DNA from: Piromyces finnis finn
Lineage: Eukaryota; Fungi; Neocallimastigomycota
Assembly: GCA_002104945.1 (NCBI GenBank)
Contig: MCFH01000047.1
Coordinates: 372,001-436,000 of the forward strand
DNA: 64,000 nucleotides
Direction of reading: 5' to 3'
Shown: positions 23,491-37,927 of the stretch, one piece after another
Numbering within the stretch: position 1 is the stretch's first letter
Layout: the number at the start of each line of letters is the position of its first letter
Notes under the pieces: model-generated
What the model was told of the DNA's origin: nothing
Databases searched by the model: none
What the model saw: the letters and a program-made list of their open reading frames with translations, nothing else
Made by a program: the position numbers and the translations under genes

Positions 23491-24242
23491 CTTTCTTACT
23501 TTAATTAAAATTACTAGAATACATTATACCCAATTTTTATTCATTTGTGTTTATTTAAACATATTTTTTTTATTTTTATTTTTATTTTTAGTTTTTTTTT
23601 TTTTTATTACATGTATTATAATTTTAATTAAATTAATAATAAAGTTTAAAAATATTTGATGCCGTTAAAAAAAAAAAAAAAAAAAAAAAAAATTATCCTT
23701 GAATATTGAAATTCTTTCTTTGGTAAAAAATTTTTACATTCAAGAAAACTTTGTAAAATATCAAACATAACCAGACAAGTGTAAAAGCATTAATCTAGAG
23801 TATCAATTTTGAAGAAACAGCAGTATAACAAAATTACAAAATTAGAATAACCAATGTTGACTGTAACTTTGTCTCTCTCTAGATTTTTTATCTTGATTTA
23901 CAATTTCTGTGTAAGTTAAACACACAATTGTTATATTTTAGTGTAATAACGACCTTTTTTTTTACTTTTAATTAAAACTACTCTAATATATATTACAATT
24001 ATTTTCTATTCATCTGAATTTAACTTTTATTTTTTTATAATGCATAAATTACATGAATCAAATTTTTATATAATAAAATAGCAAGATATTTGCAATTTAA
24101 AAAAAAAAAAAAAGATATTAAATTAAATGAATACTTTCTATAATATTCATAATTCTTAAAATTGTATTTTCTAATATATAGTTATATAGTTATATATTAT
24201 AATATAATATCTAAAGTAAATTAGGTTTTAAAAAAAGAATAA

Positions 24243-24273
<31 letters not shown>

Positions 24274-24306
24274 CAAAAAGAAAAAATAAACTGAAGAAAT
24301 TTGTAA

Positions 24307-27067
24307 CTATTCTACTAAAATTCTTTCTTTTCTCTTTTTTATTTTACTCTTTTTCTTTTTTGATTTTTTCTTTAATTTTGAACTACTATGAACTTTTTTT
24401 ATAGATATATTATCTGAATTTGAATTAAAGGAATCTAATGATTCCATGGAATCTGTAACTTTAATATTTTTATTGGAAAGTTTTTTAATAGCTTTTTTGA
24501 TCTTAAAAACATCTTTATTTTCTTTTTCCTTTATATAAAAATCATTACTACTATTATTAATAGAATTCCGACTTTTATTTGATCTCTTTTTATATTTTTT
24601 CTTTAATTTCTTTGGTTTTTTAGTTGTTACCGTTACAGTAGTTGATGCTGTTTTAAATAATATATCATCGGCGGTTTCATTATATATATTGTCATTCATT
24701 TCAAGTTGTTGTTCATCAAATTTTTTAAGTAATAACTTTTTTTCATAATCCATATCATCATGAGAAATATTTTTATTAAAAATATTATTTGTTCTGCTAC
24801 TGTACGAAATACTTTCCGTTTCATCAGGATTAGAAATTATTGTATCATCCTTCTCACTGTTATCAGATTTATATGTAATGCTAATTTTATAAATATTATT
24901 ATATACATTATTTTGAGTGATAGTTTGAGGTGTTCGTAGGTTTTGTCGTTGTTCTTGAAGTAATCGGCTATAACTTCGTTTTAGTTGTATATCCTTTTCA
25001 AAATCTTGAATTTCTAAATTTTTATTAATGTTAAAAATTGAATTTGTATTTGTTCTCGATGACCATTCCTTGGAATCTTGAGTAATATCATTACAACTGA
25101 AAGAACTGAAAGATTTATTATTGATTTTTTTTTCATGTTCCTGATTTAGAAATGATTTATCATTTTTATTTGAATGTCTTTTTAATAAGTATAGGTATTG
25201 ACTTTCACTTTGAGTTTTCTTAAATTCGTGTTTATGTTTTTGTGCTTTTCGTTCCATCTCTTCACTTAAAACTTTGGAGAAAGAAAGTATTTTTATATTA
25301 GAATCAGATTTCTTTTTTGTAAAGTCATCCGTTTTATTTTTTAATTGATTATTTTGACTTTCTTGTGAATAATTTAGGATGAAGCGATTATTAGATATAT
25401 TGTTACTTTCATTATACGCTTTCATTGATTCTGTATTATTTTCTTGACAATTTTGATTTTGTTTCTTATTTGAAATATCATTAAGATCGTATGGTTTATT
25501 ATACATAATTTGATGAAAAATTCCTTTATAAAGAAAAAATTGAAAAAAATATATATATTATATATTATATATATGAAATTAGAATATTTTACATTATTTT
25601 TTTTTTGTTGTTGTTGTTCTATATAAAAAAAATCATAAATAAATAATCATCTTACTATCTTTATTTCTTATAGATTTAATTGGTTTATTATCTATTATAT
25701 TTGTTTTTCTTTCATGATTGCTATTATCTTTATCGTTATTTTTATTATCATTGACATTGTTATTCATAAATCTTGGTATATCAACAATAATTCTTTCATT
25801 ACTATTATTTTTATTATGAGAACTATTATTAATTTTATCTTTAGCTTCTTTCAATAACTTAATATTTTTAAAACCTTGACTATCTTCATTAAATCGTTTA
25901 TTAGATAATAAATATTGAACTAAATCTTTAAATTTTGGTGTAATATATTCTCTACAGGTATACCGTAATAATTGTTCTGATTGTTCAATTGCCCATGACG
26001 TAACATTATCTAAATTTCTTAATGGAGAAGTAGCTAATCTTGACCATTTTCCTATTATTATATAAAAAAATAATAATAAATTATATTTTAATATTAAATA
26101 AAAAGTTAATGATTGTTTTTTTAACTTTATTAGTTTTTTCCTATCATTAATAATAATAAATTATAATCTGTTATTTTCTGTTGAATATTATTATTATCAT
26201 TATTATTAATTATTTTGGATAGATTATATACTACTATTATAATCCGAGTTAATATATTTATAATTCATTTCTAAAATGGATGTTAATATGCCATGACCCA
26301 TAGACATCATTGTGTTAATGGAATATGGTTTAATATACGTATTTCTACTTAATGGGATTGGGGAAGAACAACTGGCGTCTTCTGAGGCTGTAATTTCATG
26401 AATATCTTTAGAGCAAAAATAGTTTGCTTCAATGGTATATGCATGTTTTATTCCAAATTCTCTATACATTGTCACTCGACCACTACCAATTTTAGAATGT
26501 GGAATATAACTTTCTAAATTTTTATTTTCATTCTGATATGATTTGTCATTATTATTTGTTTTATTTATTTCTTCTTCTTTGGTAGAAAATTCATGATTCT
26601 CTGTACTATTATTATTATCTTCAATATTATTTACCGTTTCATCATAACTTTGACTTTTTGGATTTGATTTATTATCATCGATAGTATCTCTTTTTGATAA
26701 ATTACTCAAGGGATTAATAACTTTGGAAAATAAGAGTGGTTTACTTTTATATAAATCCATGTTTTTATTAGAGAAATCACAATTTAAAATTGAAAAATGC
26801 TTATTATTGAGGGAACAAAGTTTAGCAAAAACATATGATTGTGTTTGAGAAATAAAATCATTTAAAAATCGACTTGAGGATTCTGCATTCTCACCATAAT
26901 TACTAAATGGATATTTGAAAAAATGATTACCAAATGTGAAATATCCAAATTTATTAGCATGGCCGTGAAAATCGATATAATATTCTATATCCGCAATTGT
27001 CGAAAGATAGTCAATGTATTTTTTAACAGCCCCTATTATTTATAATTATAATGTATTTTAAAAAAAA

Positions 27068-27111
<44 letters not shown>

Positions 27112-29202
27112 GTATTAGTATTAGTATTAGTATTATTATTATTATTATTATACGTATTCAATAATTAGTGATATATAAAATAAATAAAAATTAATTCATA
27201 TTTTTTTAATTATATCTATTAAAATTAATATTACATATTGTCGGATGAAGATTTTCATCAGGATTTTTATATACTCTATTTAAATTATATCCATTTTTAT
27301 CTGTTCTGTTTTATTTATTAAAAAAAAAAAGTTTTTTTTTAATATTATAATCAAAAACTTTATTTAATTTATTTATTTATATTAATTACCTATAATTTCC
27401 TTCACTTTAAAAAATATTTTTAAATATAATAATAAATTTTAAAAAAATATTAATTACAATATTTTAATTAGTAATATCATTATTATATTTTAATTTTAAA
27501 ATTATATTATATGTGTTTTAAAAATAATAGTTTATTAATATTTACATTACTCCCTCGGGATTTAGCATCGGTACAATTTTAAATACAAATTTATCTCTTA
27601 ATAATTTCGCTCGAACATCGTTTTCTCTCATTAAGTATTCAATAATCCCATCTACTATATAACTGGAAACTACTTCACCTGGATGTACTCTTGCACTTAT
27701 AAAAATAATTTTTTTCTTTGATTGATTATACTGCAATTTTTTATTACGAATTATTTCATCAATAGTTGATGCTGTTTGAACCTTACTGTAATTAAACATT
27801 TGAATCTTCTTTTCCATTTGATTTGGAAAGATGTTTTTAACATTGAGCTCTTCATATTCATCTCTAATCATAGATTTGGTTGATGAAATAGTTATTAAAT
27901 CTAAATTTAGATTACTACCGGTACGAATTAATACTCGGTGATTAAAGTAAATATCGGTGTAATTAAATTTTAATTCACTATTATTTTCATCTTCTAATAA
28001 ATGATCCCAAAAATATTTTGGATTAATCATTAATGATTTTTTAGTTGAAGAATTCGAATGAATTAAAATATTCTTTATATAATTATTATAGTCTTTTTTC
28101 TGACTTTCATCATAATTTAATGAATTCACATTATCTTCATCATTATACTTTAAAAATTTTTGATAATCAGATTTTAGTGATACTATTTTTTGTTGTAAAT
28201 CTGAATATGAATAAGGTATACAATATGCAAAATAGTAAGTTGTATCTTCTTTATTTTTTTATTTATTATTCAATATTATTTGATATATTAAAAAATATAA
28301 TTCATTATTAGATTTCATCATTTTATATCTTCTTATGTTAATATAATTATATACTATATATATTGACATATAAATTTATTTTTCTACCATTATTTTGTGG
28401 AGGAATCGTGACTTCAAAAGTTACTTGTAAACCGGTATCAACTTTTTCATATAATGGTGCTTTTGATATTTTTTTCCACTTTCTATTTTCCGAGGAACAC
28501 CATACTGGTCTCAATCCAGCTATAAATAATCGAATAACATTATTTAAATTCATTATTCTAAATTGAAGAATGGTCCAGTGACTCGATTCATTACCATTAT
28601 TGTTATTATTATTATTATTATTTGATATTTTATTTTCTTTTTTATCTACTAATATTAATAATTATAATATTTTTTATAATATAATTTAGTTTTCATCTTA
28701 AAAAAATAATTAGCCTTTTATTAAATTAATTTCCATAAATACCTTCTTGAAATAATAAATTATTATCTGAATTAATCGAGGCTAATGATAAATCGAGAAC
28801 GCTTAATGAATCATTTTTTTTTCTGTCTTTAATAATTTTCGACTTTGTTGAGTTATTCATCACAGGAGAACATTCTTTTACAGAAAAGTAAAACCATGTC
28901 CTATTTTTTACATTTACTCCAGAATCATAGGCATCGGGTTTAGTCCAAAGACAATATCTTTTAACATGTGCATATTCTGATTTACTATATAGTTCTTTTT
29001 TATGTAAATTAATGTGATCTTGTATTGATAGAGTTCTAACTCTTGTATCTTTAATTGATGCTATTATATCTTGAAATTCATGCTTATTTAATAATTTAGA
29101 ATCATTGACTATAGGTTGAAATTCTTCAACTTCTATTACTTTATGTAAATTTCCATTATCAAAATTTGAATCAAATATAAAATTTCCTACAAGCTCTTTC
29201 AT
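24307..29202 (-). CDS. AGBL5: Cytosolic carboxypeptidase (M14D, tubulin deglutamylase), CCP5/AGBL5-like, multi-exon with long low-complexity C-tail
   Basis: Motifs FDSNFDNGNL; LWTKPD...NRTWFYFSV; IMNLN...GLRPV; ISARVHPGE (Zn HxxE); [35 protein letters not shown] (third Zn His); AYTIEANY (catalytic Glu); WSRL. The N-domain layout matches CCP5. The start codon is uncertain (an upstream exon is possible). Confidence 0.88.
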
Positions 29203-29698
29203 ACTTTCCTAATATTATTTGATTAAAAGTTTTCTTGCTCTTTAATTTTTTTTTCTTTTTTGATTCATTCCATATTTTCAAAATAATAAAAGTTTTTTTT
29301 TTTTTTTTTTTTTTTTATATTTTATTTTAATCAGTAAAATTTTAAAGTTTATTTTTTTAATACGATAGCTAAATTCAAATAAAGTCAACTATTATATAAT
29401 AGTAAAAAAAATGTATATAATAATAATAATAATGTATTAAATAAATACATTTTGTTATATATTTAAAAAATTAAACTTTTTATGATTTCAATAGACATAT
29501 ATATATATATCATTATTATATTTTTTTTATTTTTTTTTTTTATAATTTGTAACATTTCATTTTTATTTTATATACATATTTTTTTGAGACATAATTTAAA
29601 ATAATCAATTTCATATATTTAGTCTTTAAACGGCGGTATATTATTTTATTTAAATACTTAATTTAAATTATTTCAATCATAAGAAAAAAATGATATTA

Positions 29699-29729
<31 letters not shown>

Positions 29730-29748
29730 TGTATATATTATTGGTATC

Positions 29749-30282
29749 TTATTTGTTATCAAATTTTCTTGATATTTGTATATTCACTAAATTGGCTTCA
29801 CTTTTCTTTCTTTCATTACCTTTATTGCAATATAGAATAAAAAATTAAATAATATTAATAATTTATATAAATTAATCAATTAAATATTTATAGTAATTAT
29901 CCAACTTCTATTTAATATTACCGGTTGTGACAACGGTTTATGATCTGGTTTACTTTTGAATCTATTTATTATTGGTATTACACTACTTTGAGAACTAAAA
30001 TTACTCTCTATATCTTTAATTTCATCTAATTCATGATAATTAAGATGATGAAAGACTAAATCAGCTCGTACATTTCCCATAACTGGAGCAACTTTGCTTT
30101 GCTTTTTCAATCCTGTATAAGTGAAAAATTGAACAGGGCTGTTTTTTTGAAATACACCTTTTCTTTGATTTGACTTTATATTATTAATTTCAATGGCATG
30201 TTTCAAAGCATCTGTATTAATTTTAATATAATATAGTTAGCATGATTAAATATTTAATTAATATATACTATATATAATTATC

Positions 30283-30317
<35 letters not shown>

Positions 30318-33300
30318 TACCTAATGCTTTTGCAATAGTATCATTTGATTGATCTTTTTTATTAAGTTTATCAATGTTTTTTTTTTCTATAGGAACATTA
30401 TTAAAAAAAATATTGATATTTTGTTATTACAAATAGTATATATATATGTGTGTGTGTATTTTTTTTTGTTTTGTTTTGTTTTTGTTTTACCTTCAGAATT
30501 AACAGATTTTCTTAATTTATTAAGATGTTCTTTAATTACTATGATAAATAAGTCGGGTTAAATTATATATTAGAACACTATTTTATATTATATAATTATA
30601 TAATTATTTAATTCGTACATGACCAATTTTTATCTGCTTTTTCCTTCAGTTTGATTCTATTAATATAATCTGTATTTTTTTCATTTTCCTTTTTCATGCA
30701 ATCGATTAAGTATTGTTGATATACATCGTCAGGCAGTTTTGAATAAGTTTCTGGATCTTCAATATCCCATGGATCATCTTGTCCAAATGTTCCAATAAAA
30801 TCACCTTCATATAAATTAAAATTAATAATTCATAATTTTTTTATCTAATATTCATTTATACATATATAAAATCTTATTTATTACCATCTAATGTCCAAAG
30901 TCTTACAGAGCAATCTTTTGATGAAGTTAAGATAATGTTTTGAGAATCAATACTACTAACACTAATAATTATTATTATTTTCATAATTATTATATATATA
31001 ATTATAATTATGATAGAAAAAGAAATATAAATAAAAAATGAAATATATATATATATATATATTTATTTATAAAATATAAAATAATCTATTACCTAGTAAT
31101 TGCTGCTATATGAGCTCTAAATATTTTTCTTAATTTAAAGGTATTTTCATTAATATCTTTTAAGTTATCCAAAGTAGGAAATACATCATATATCTTTATA
31201 ATTCATATGTTTTAATGTAATAAAATTAGAATTCTGTAAACAATCCTAAATTTATATTTTTTATAATTACCATAATATTTCCATCAGATGTTCCAATAAA
31301 TAATAATGTAAGATCATGATTTAAAAACATATCACATATACCTTCTTGTTGTAACGGTTTGCATTCCAACTAATGGATATATATATAAATATTAGTAATC
31401 ATGAAAATTCATGTTATTGTGAAATATTATTCCTATAATGTTTTTATTTATTTACTTCATAGATTAATGTCCCTAATTGTATATCCCAGCATCTTATATG
31501 GCCATCAGAATGGCAAGATAATAATGGGACTTTTCCTTTAGAATATGGCCTTCCATTTGATGGATAGAAAAATCTAATCTATAATTATTTATTATTCATT
31601 AAATTATTATTTAATTTAATAAATAATTACAATTTATATAAAGATAATTATATAACTAGTTTTAGAGTTATAACAAACTTTTTCAATTGATTTTTCATCT
31701 ATTGGCCTTAATTCAATTAATGGATCAACTAGTGAAAGCTTCATAAATCCTGACTCTAAATTCCATATTACAATAATTCCATCAACACTACTTGTTGCTA
31801 GAATATTTGGTTCATAAAATGCTATTGATGTAATATCTTCTTGATGTCTATAATTTTAAAAAAATATTAACTAATAATATAAATATTTATGTATCAAATC
31901 ATTATTTTTAAAAATGATTATTCAAATACCCTCTTTCTGAATATAACACTCTTGTTGGCCATGATTCAAAATGATCAGGATCATCAATATATACTGTAAT
32001 TTTTCTATCCCATCCAGTACAAATAACATATTTATTTGAACCCATTTCAATAAAATCAACAGCTGTTACTTCTAAACTATTATCTTTATATAATATTCTT
32101 AATAATTGACCATTATTGAAATTCCACATCTTATTTATTTTTTATATTAAATTAATAATTAATATCTAATAAATAAAAACTTTAGTTTTTAAATTAATTT
32201 TATAAATTTCTTTACTTTTATAACACCATCTCTTCCACCAGTAATTAATCTTCTACCAGAATTATCAAATGAAAAGGCAGTTACTTCAAGGTCCTTATGA
32301 AATTAATAATAATATCAATGTAATTAAAATCTTAAAAAATTTTGTTATAAATTAATACATTAAAAATTTAGTATATAATTACCCCATGTGCTTTATTATA
32401 TTGGAATACTTTTTCTCCAGAATAATACGCCCAAGTACTTATGGTACCATTTTGACTTCCTGTAACCACCTATATAAGAATAAATAATAAATAAATTTTT
32501 TTGTATATTTTATGAAAAAAAAATATTTGAAACATACTTGATAAAAGTTTTCATTGAACATTGCAGCAACAACTTGGGTATTATATGTTCTAACAATTGC
32601 CTTTTTTTGGAATAAATATAACTTTTATAACAATATATGATAATAAATATTTATTTAATTACTAATAACAATAAGATTTTATTGAAATATTGAAATTTTA
32701 ACAGAAAAAAAAAAACATACTGGATAAACATAAAAGTTATTATATCCATTCACTAATTGTTTATTTGTTGAATCATAAAATAAGCATGGAAAACAACAAT
32801 CTTCTTTATACGTTACACATTGCTGAAATGTTTGTAAACATGCAAATGTTGAAATATTCCATACTTTATATGTCTATATTATTTTTAATTATATTAATAA
32901 AATTTAAAACATAATTTCATAAATATATTATTATTGCTTTAATATATATTTTCAACATACTCCATCGTCTGACAAGCTAATAATATGACCTTCTCTTTCA
33001 TTTACTATTAAATTGACAATTCCACTTGTATGACCTTGTAAACTTGCTGCAGGTTTTGATAATATATATGGATTCCATAAACGACTTTTTTTATTGTATG
33101 TTATATTTTAATAGAAACAGTATTTATATATTTAATTGATGATTTATAAAATATATAAATAAAATGAATTAATAATAAATAATATTATAGGATTTGTTAA
33201 ACATATTAATATATATTAATTGATTTCACTTAAAAATTACATAATTTTATCTCCTCCTCCAGTAACTAAAAAACATGGTCTTCTAACCAAAGTAAAACAC

Positions 33301-35292
33301 CTAATACCTTTGGGAATATGGATTGACCGTATTGGCTTCCTTTCAATATCAGTTATTACTAAAGATTTATTACTATCACTTGAACATGTTACAAATGAAT
33401 TTAATTCAGAGTAATATTGAATATCATGAATCCAACTATTATGAACTCTTTTCTAAAAATATAAATATATATTTTATACCAAATTAATGGATTTGATTTA
33501 ATTAATATTACTTTACTGAAGTACTATTATAATTATGTATTCTAATGATGATATTTACTTTAAAGATTTGAATTTGGCCTATTTCACTTTTTTTATTTAA
33601 TTTTGAGTTGATGCTCCAAACACCAAATGCATTACTTGATGATAATATCTTTTTATTAATATATATAAAATTCATATATCCTTGATCATCACCAACCAAT
33701 AATAAATCATAATCCTCATTGAAATTTGCTAATAAAATATAATATATTTATAATTAAATAAAAAATATAAATTAGACAACAAATAAAAAAAATCAGTTTA
33801 ATGATTTTAATCTTAATACCAGTAAATGAAACACATAATGGATTATTATCAAAAGGTCCAAATGAAATAAGTAATCTTGGCTTTATTGCTAAAATATCAA
33901 ATATAGTAACACTTATATATAACAACAAATGATTATAATAATAAATAATAAAGGCGTGTAATTAAAAAATATATATATAATTTGTATTTTACAATCTATT
34001 ATCAGATGAAACAACTAATCTGTTATATTCTTGCATATATGCAGCATCAGTAATCCAAAAATGTGTTGTGTCATAGGTTAATGATGAAAGCTCTAATATA
34101 TTAATTGATCTTTGAAGATTAAAATTTAAACCCCATATATTAGCTACACCATCACGACTATTATTATTTATAATTTAGTTATATATTAAGTATATTGTAA
34201 ATTAAGTAAGATTAATGTCCACTTTATTTCTTATTATTGAAAAAGACTAAAAATTATATATATATACCCCACCTTATTGATAAATATTTTCTTTCTTTAA
34301 TTGTATAAAAAACTTTAACAACAATGCTTTTATGTAAACTAAGATATGTTTTTTTGTTTTTTTCATCAAATATCATCATCTAATGTTGTAGTAGCGATAA
34401 GTTGTAATATAAGATTATATAAATATACATCATAAAATAATGAATAATAAATTATTATATATATATATATATATATAATTTATTATTAAAATTACATTTG
34501 AAGAATCATCCTTTTCTAATGCTCCGCTCATCATATATGACGAAAATTCATCCCATGACATATTACCATCTGTATTTGCATCAATTTTCATGAAAAGCAT
34601 AGTCATTTGTTCAGTACTTAATGCACCATTTAAAATTTCACCGAAAACTTCCAAAAACTATAATTTGTAATAAATATTTGTTTTTTCGTTATTTTTTTTT
34701 TTTTTTTAATATTTCTACATGAATAAATATTTTAATTTTTTATTTTATTTAATATAAACATATAATCAACAAAATATACTTTATCCATTGTAAAACCTGT
34801 ACTTCCATCTTCGTTTCTATGTTCTTGCAGTTTTTCCATAAGCATTTCAAAATGATGAATATTCATATACTGTTGAATATCTCTATCACATATATGTTAT
34901 ATTTATCACTTTATCATTAGTCATTTAATTAATACTTTTATTAGCATATTAAATTATATTATTATTATTATTCATTATTCATTATTCATGAATGAAATAC
35001 TCTACTCGTTTAATTTTGCTCCTTTATTTTTTTTCTTTTTAGGTTTTTCTTCTTCATTAATTTCATCCTCTTTTATGTCATCTTCATGTTTTTCTATACT
35101 ATTTGAAGAAGAAGAAACTTTTTGCGAAGTCTCATCTTTTTCTTCAACTTCATCATCAATACCATTCATTTTATCTTTTATTTATAATTTTATATATTAT
35201 ATAAGTTAACTAAGCATTAACACAGAGAAAATATCATGTTTAGAAAATATATATATATATATTTTATAAATACTTGTGTCATCTATTTCCAT
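29749..35292 (-). CDS. EF-hand plus WD40-repeat protein, WDR49/CFAP337/WDY/WDR64-like (flagellar), many short exons
   Basis: N-terminal LFMKIDANTDGNMSWDEFSSYM EF-hand followed by WD repeats (SRDGVANIW, LMVGDDQGYMNF, VVTGSQNGTISTWAY, LITGGEDGV...WNFNNG, ICTGWDRKITVY, LATSSVDGIIVIWNL, ILTSSKDCSVRLW). The last exon and stop are uncertain (29749 or 29880). Confidence 0.7.
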
Positions 35293-35992
35293 TTTTTTTA
35301 TATATATTTTATTTTACTTGTATTTTGTAATGAATCTTGTTTTTGAGTTAAATATATTTAATTTTTATTATTTCCACTTTTATAATAATTATTATTGCTT
35401 GTATTATTGCTATTAATTTAGTATATAAAAGGTATATAAAACTAGTTTTGAATATGAACTTTACATTTCAAAATTTTAAATCTTTCCAAAAAAAAAAATA
35501 TTTATATTTACCAATATAAATTTATTGTTTATATGTTATAATATACTCTAATTTATATGTATCATATATTATTATATAGTTTAATATATTAGATTTAAAT
35601 AAATTTTTCAATTGCATAAAGTTTTAAAAAACTTTTTCTAAATAATAATTTAATGTCAAAAAAAAAATAGTTTTATTGAAATGAAATTTTAATTTTCTAA
35701 TAAAAAATTTTATTTTTAAATATTGATAAACTAAAAAGAGAACAAAAAGAAAATTAAAAAAGAAATAAATTTTCTTTATACTTTAATAAATACAATTAAA
35801 TCGTGTTTTAAATAAGTATTATTAATTGATTAAATAATTAATTAATAATTATTATAATAATAAGAATTACTAGATAATTTAATAAATAAATTTCCATTTT
35901 ATTTTTTAATCTAAAGCGCTATATATGTTATAAAAATGAATTGAAAAAAAAAAAAAAGTTTTAATTTTTTCTTAATTCTATTAATCCTAATT

Positions 35993-37927
35993 TTACATTC
36001 TTCTCTTAATTCTTGGAAGTTTTAATGGGGCCTTTAAGATAGCATATTTATGAACAGCATTGTCAGTTAAACCTAATTCAGCCTTTTGAGCTTTAGTTAA
36101 AGTTTCTATTGAACAACCAACAGATGAGCATATAGTAGTTAATTTACCAACAGAAATCTTAATATCTTTACTTAATAAAGTAACATTAATCTTGAAATTG
36201 CTGACCATTAATAATAAAATAATGGCATAAGATAATATTCTATCTTGTTCCTTATCTGGAATCTTATAACTTTATAATTTATTAAATGGAAGATAATTTT
36301 ATATATTATTAAAATGTTATCATATTATTTTTATTTTATTTTTTTTTTAAAAAAAATAAAATAAAATATATATTTAAAATAATGCATTATTTGTTAAACC
36401 CAATACTTACGTAGTTCTTCCATTACTTGTAGTTCCTTGATTATCACAGTATCTATTTAAAAGTCCATCAACAATTGCAATTGATGAACCAACAAAAGTC
36501 TTTTTCATAAAGGAACTCTTATTTAATTGATGTTCACGACAAGTTCTTAAACGAAGTAAATAAGCAGCATATAAAAGTTTGCGTAATTGAATAAGATCCT
36601 TCTTTTCTTGTTTTAAACAAGAATCAATTAAAGTATATAATACTGAATCAGTTTTAACACTAAGTAATTTAAGCATTTAAGAATAATATGAATACAAATA
36701 ATTAATAATTACATATAAAAAAATTAAAAAAAAAAAAAAAACTTGATTTAGTAAATCTAATAAAATATTAATATGTCAATACTATTATTATATTTTATTT
36801 ATTTTTATAATTACCGTAATGGTGATAAATAAGTTTCGATATCTTTTTGAGTTTTGGTTTTGGTTAATTCATCAATAGAAATAGTCTTTAATTCATATGA
36901 TGGAACGATATCTTCAATGTTATATATTTCTTCAATGTTTAATGTTTCAGAATTATATGGTGGTATAAGACGATCTTCTTCTTGAGCCTTTTCAAGTTCA
37001 TCTATTTTTATAAAGATTTTTAATTTTCAAAATCCTTTACGATGTAATAAATTAAAAAAAAAAATAAAATATATTACCTTTAGATGGAATAATAGATGAC
37101 TTTTCTTCAATAGTATTATGAATATGTGAAACTACATCTGATAAAGATTCAACCTTAACTCTATTTCTTTCAATATTTCTAATCTTTTGCTTAATCTTTT
37201 TAGTACCGAATGTTTGACCAAGTTCATTTCTAGCTGCTAAACTCTATATTTATAATAAAGATTTGTTGATTATTACATTATTTATATTATGAATATAATT
37301 TGTTATTTTTTATATTAACCTTTTCTAACTTGAATTTTGGTAATTTTAATGATTCAATTGATTTAACTTTTCTAGTAACATTGTAAAATGGTGCACTACG
37401 TAAAGTAACTGTATTATCATCTTTATTATAAACACCAACAATATACCTTTATTATTATTAATATTGTTTTTATTATTGTTATTGTTATTGTTATAGTGAT
37501 ATAATAATATTTTATAAGTATTTTTATCGAGAAAATATATATATAATCTTAATTGTAAATATATTTAGAATTTATTACTTGCAAATTTCATTATTAGAAT
37601 CAAGACTTTCTCCTTCAAATCTAATAGCTGAATTTTCACCAATTAATATTTTTCTGTGCTTATTAACTTTATCTGAAGAAGCATATACACTAAATTCAGT
37701 TTCTTCGGTTGGTTTAACTCCATGAAAAGAAGCTTTTATTTAATAAATAATTATTTATGCATTTAAATAATATTGTATTTATATTATTAGAATATAAATT
37801 AAATTTCAAATTTATATATATATATATTGTTTTACTATTTTATTTGCATAAATTAATTATTACCAACATATGGAGCATTTAATTGATTCTTATCTAAAAC
37901 TAAAGAAATCTTTCTTTTGTTTGACAT
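35993..37927 (-). CDS. RPA49: RNA polymerase I subunit A49 (RPA49/POLR1E), multi-exon
   Basis: Spliced segments include AARNELGQTFGTKKIKQKIRNIERNRV, RLIPPYNSETLNIEEIYNIEDIVP, and DRILSYAIILLLMVSNFKINVTLLSKDIKIS...SVGC...AILKAPLKLP, all characteristic of A49. Confidence 0.85.

Noticed and set aside
23740-23955. Mildly GC-richer patch downstream of the LINE fragment
   Set aside because: No sustained frame or recognisable motif on either strand; could be an old TE relic but cannot be supported.
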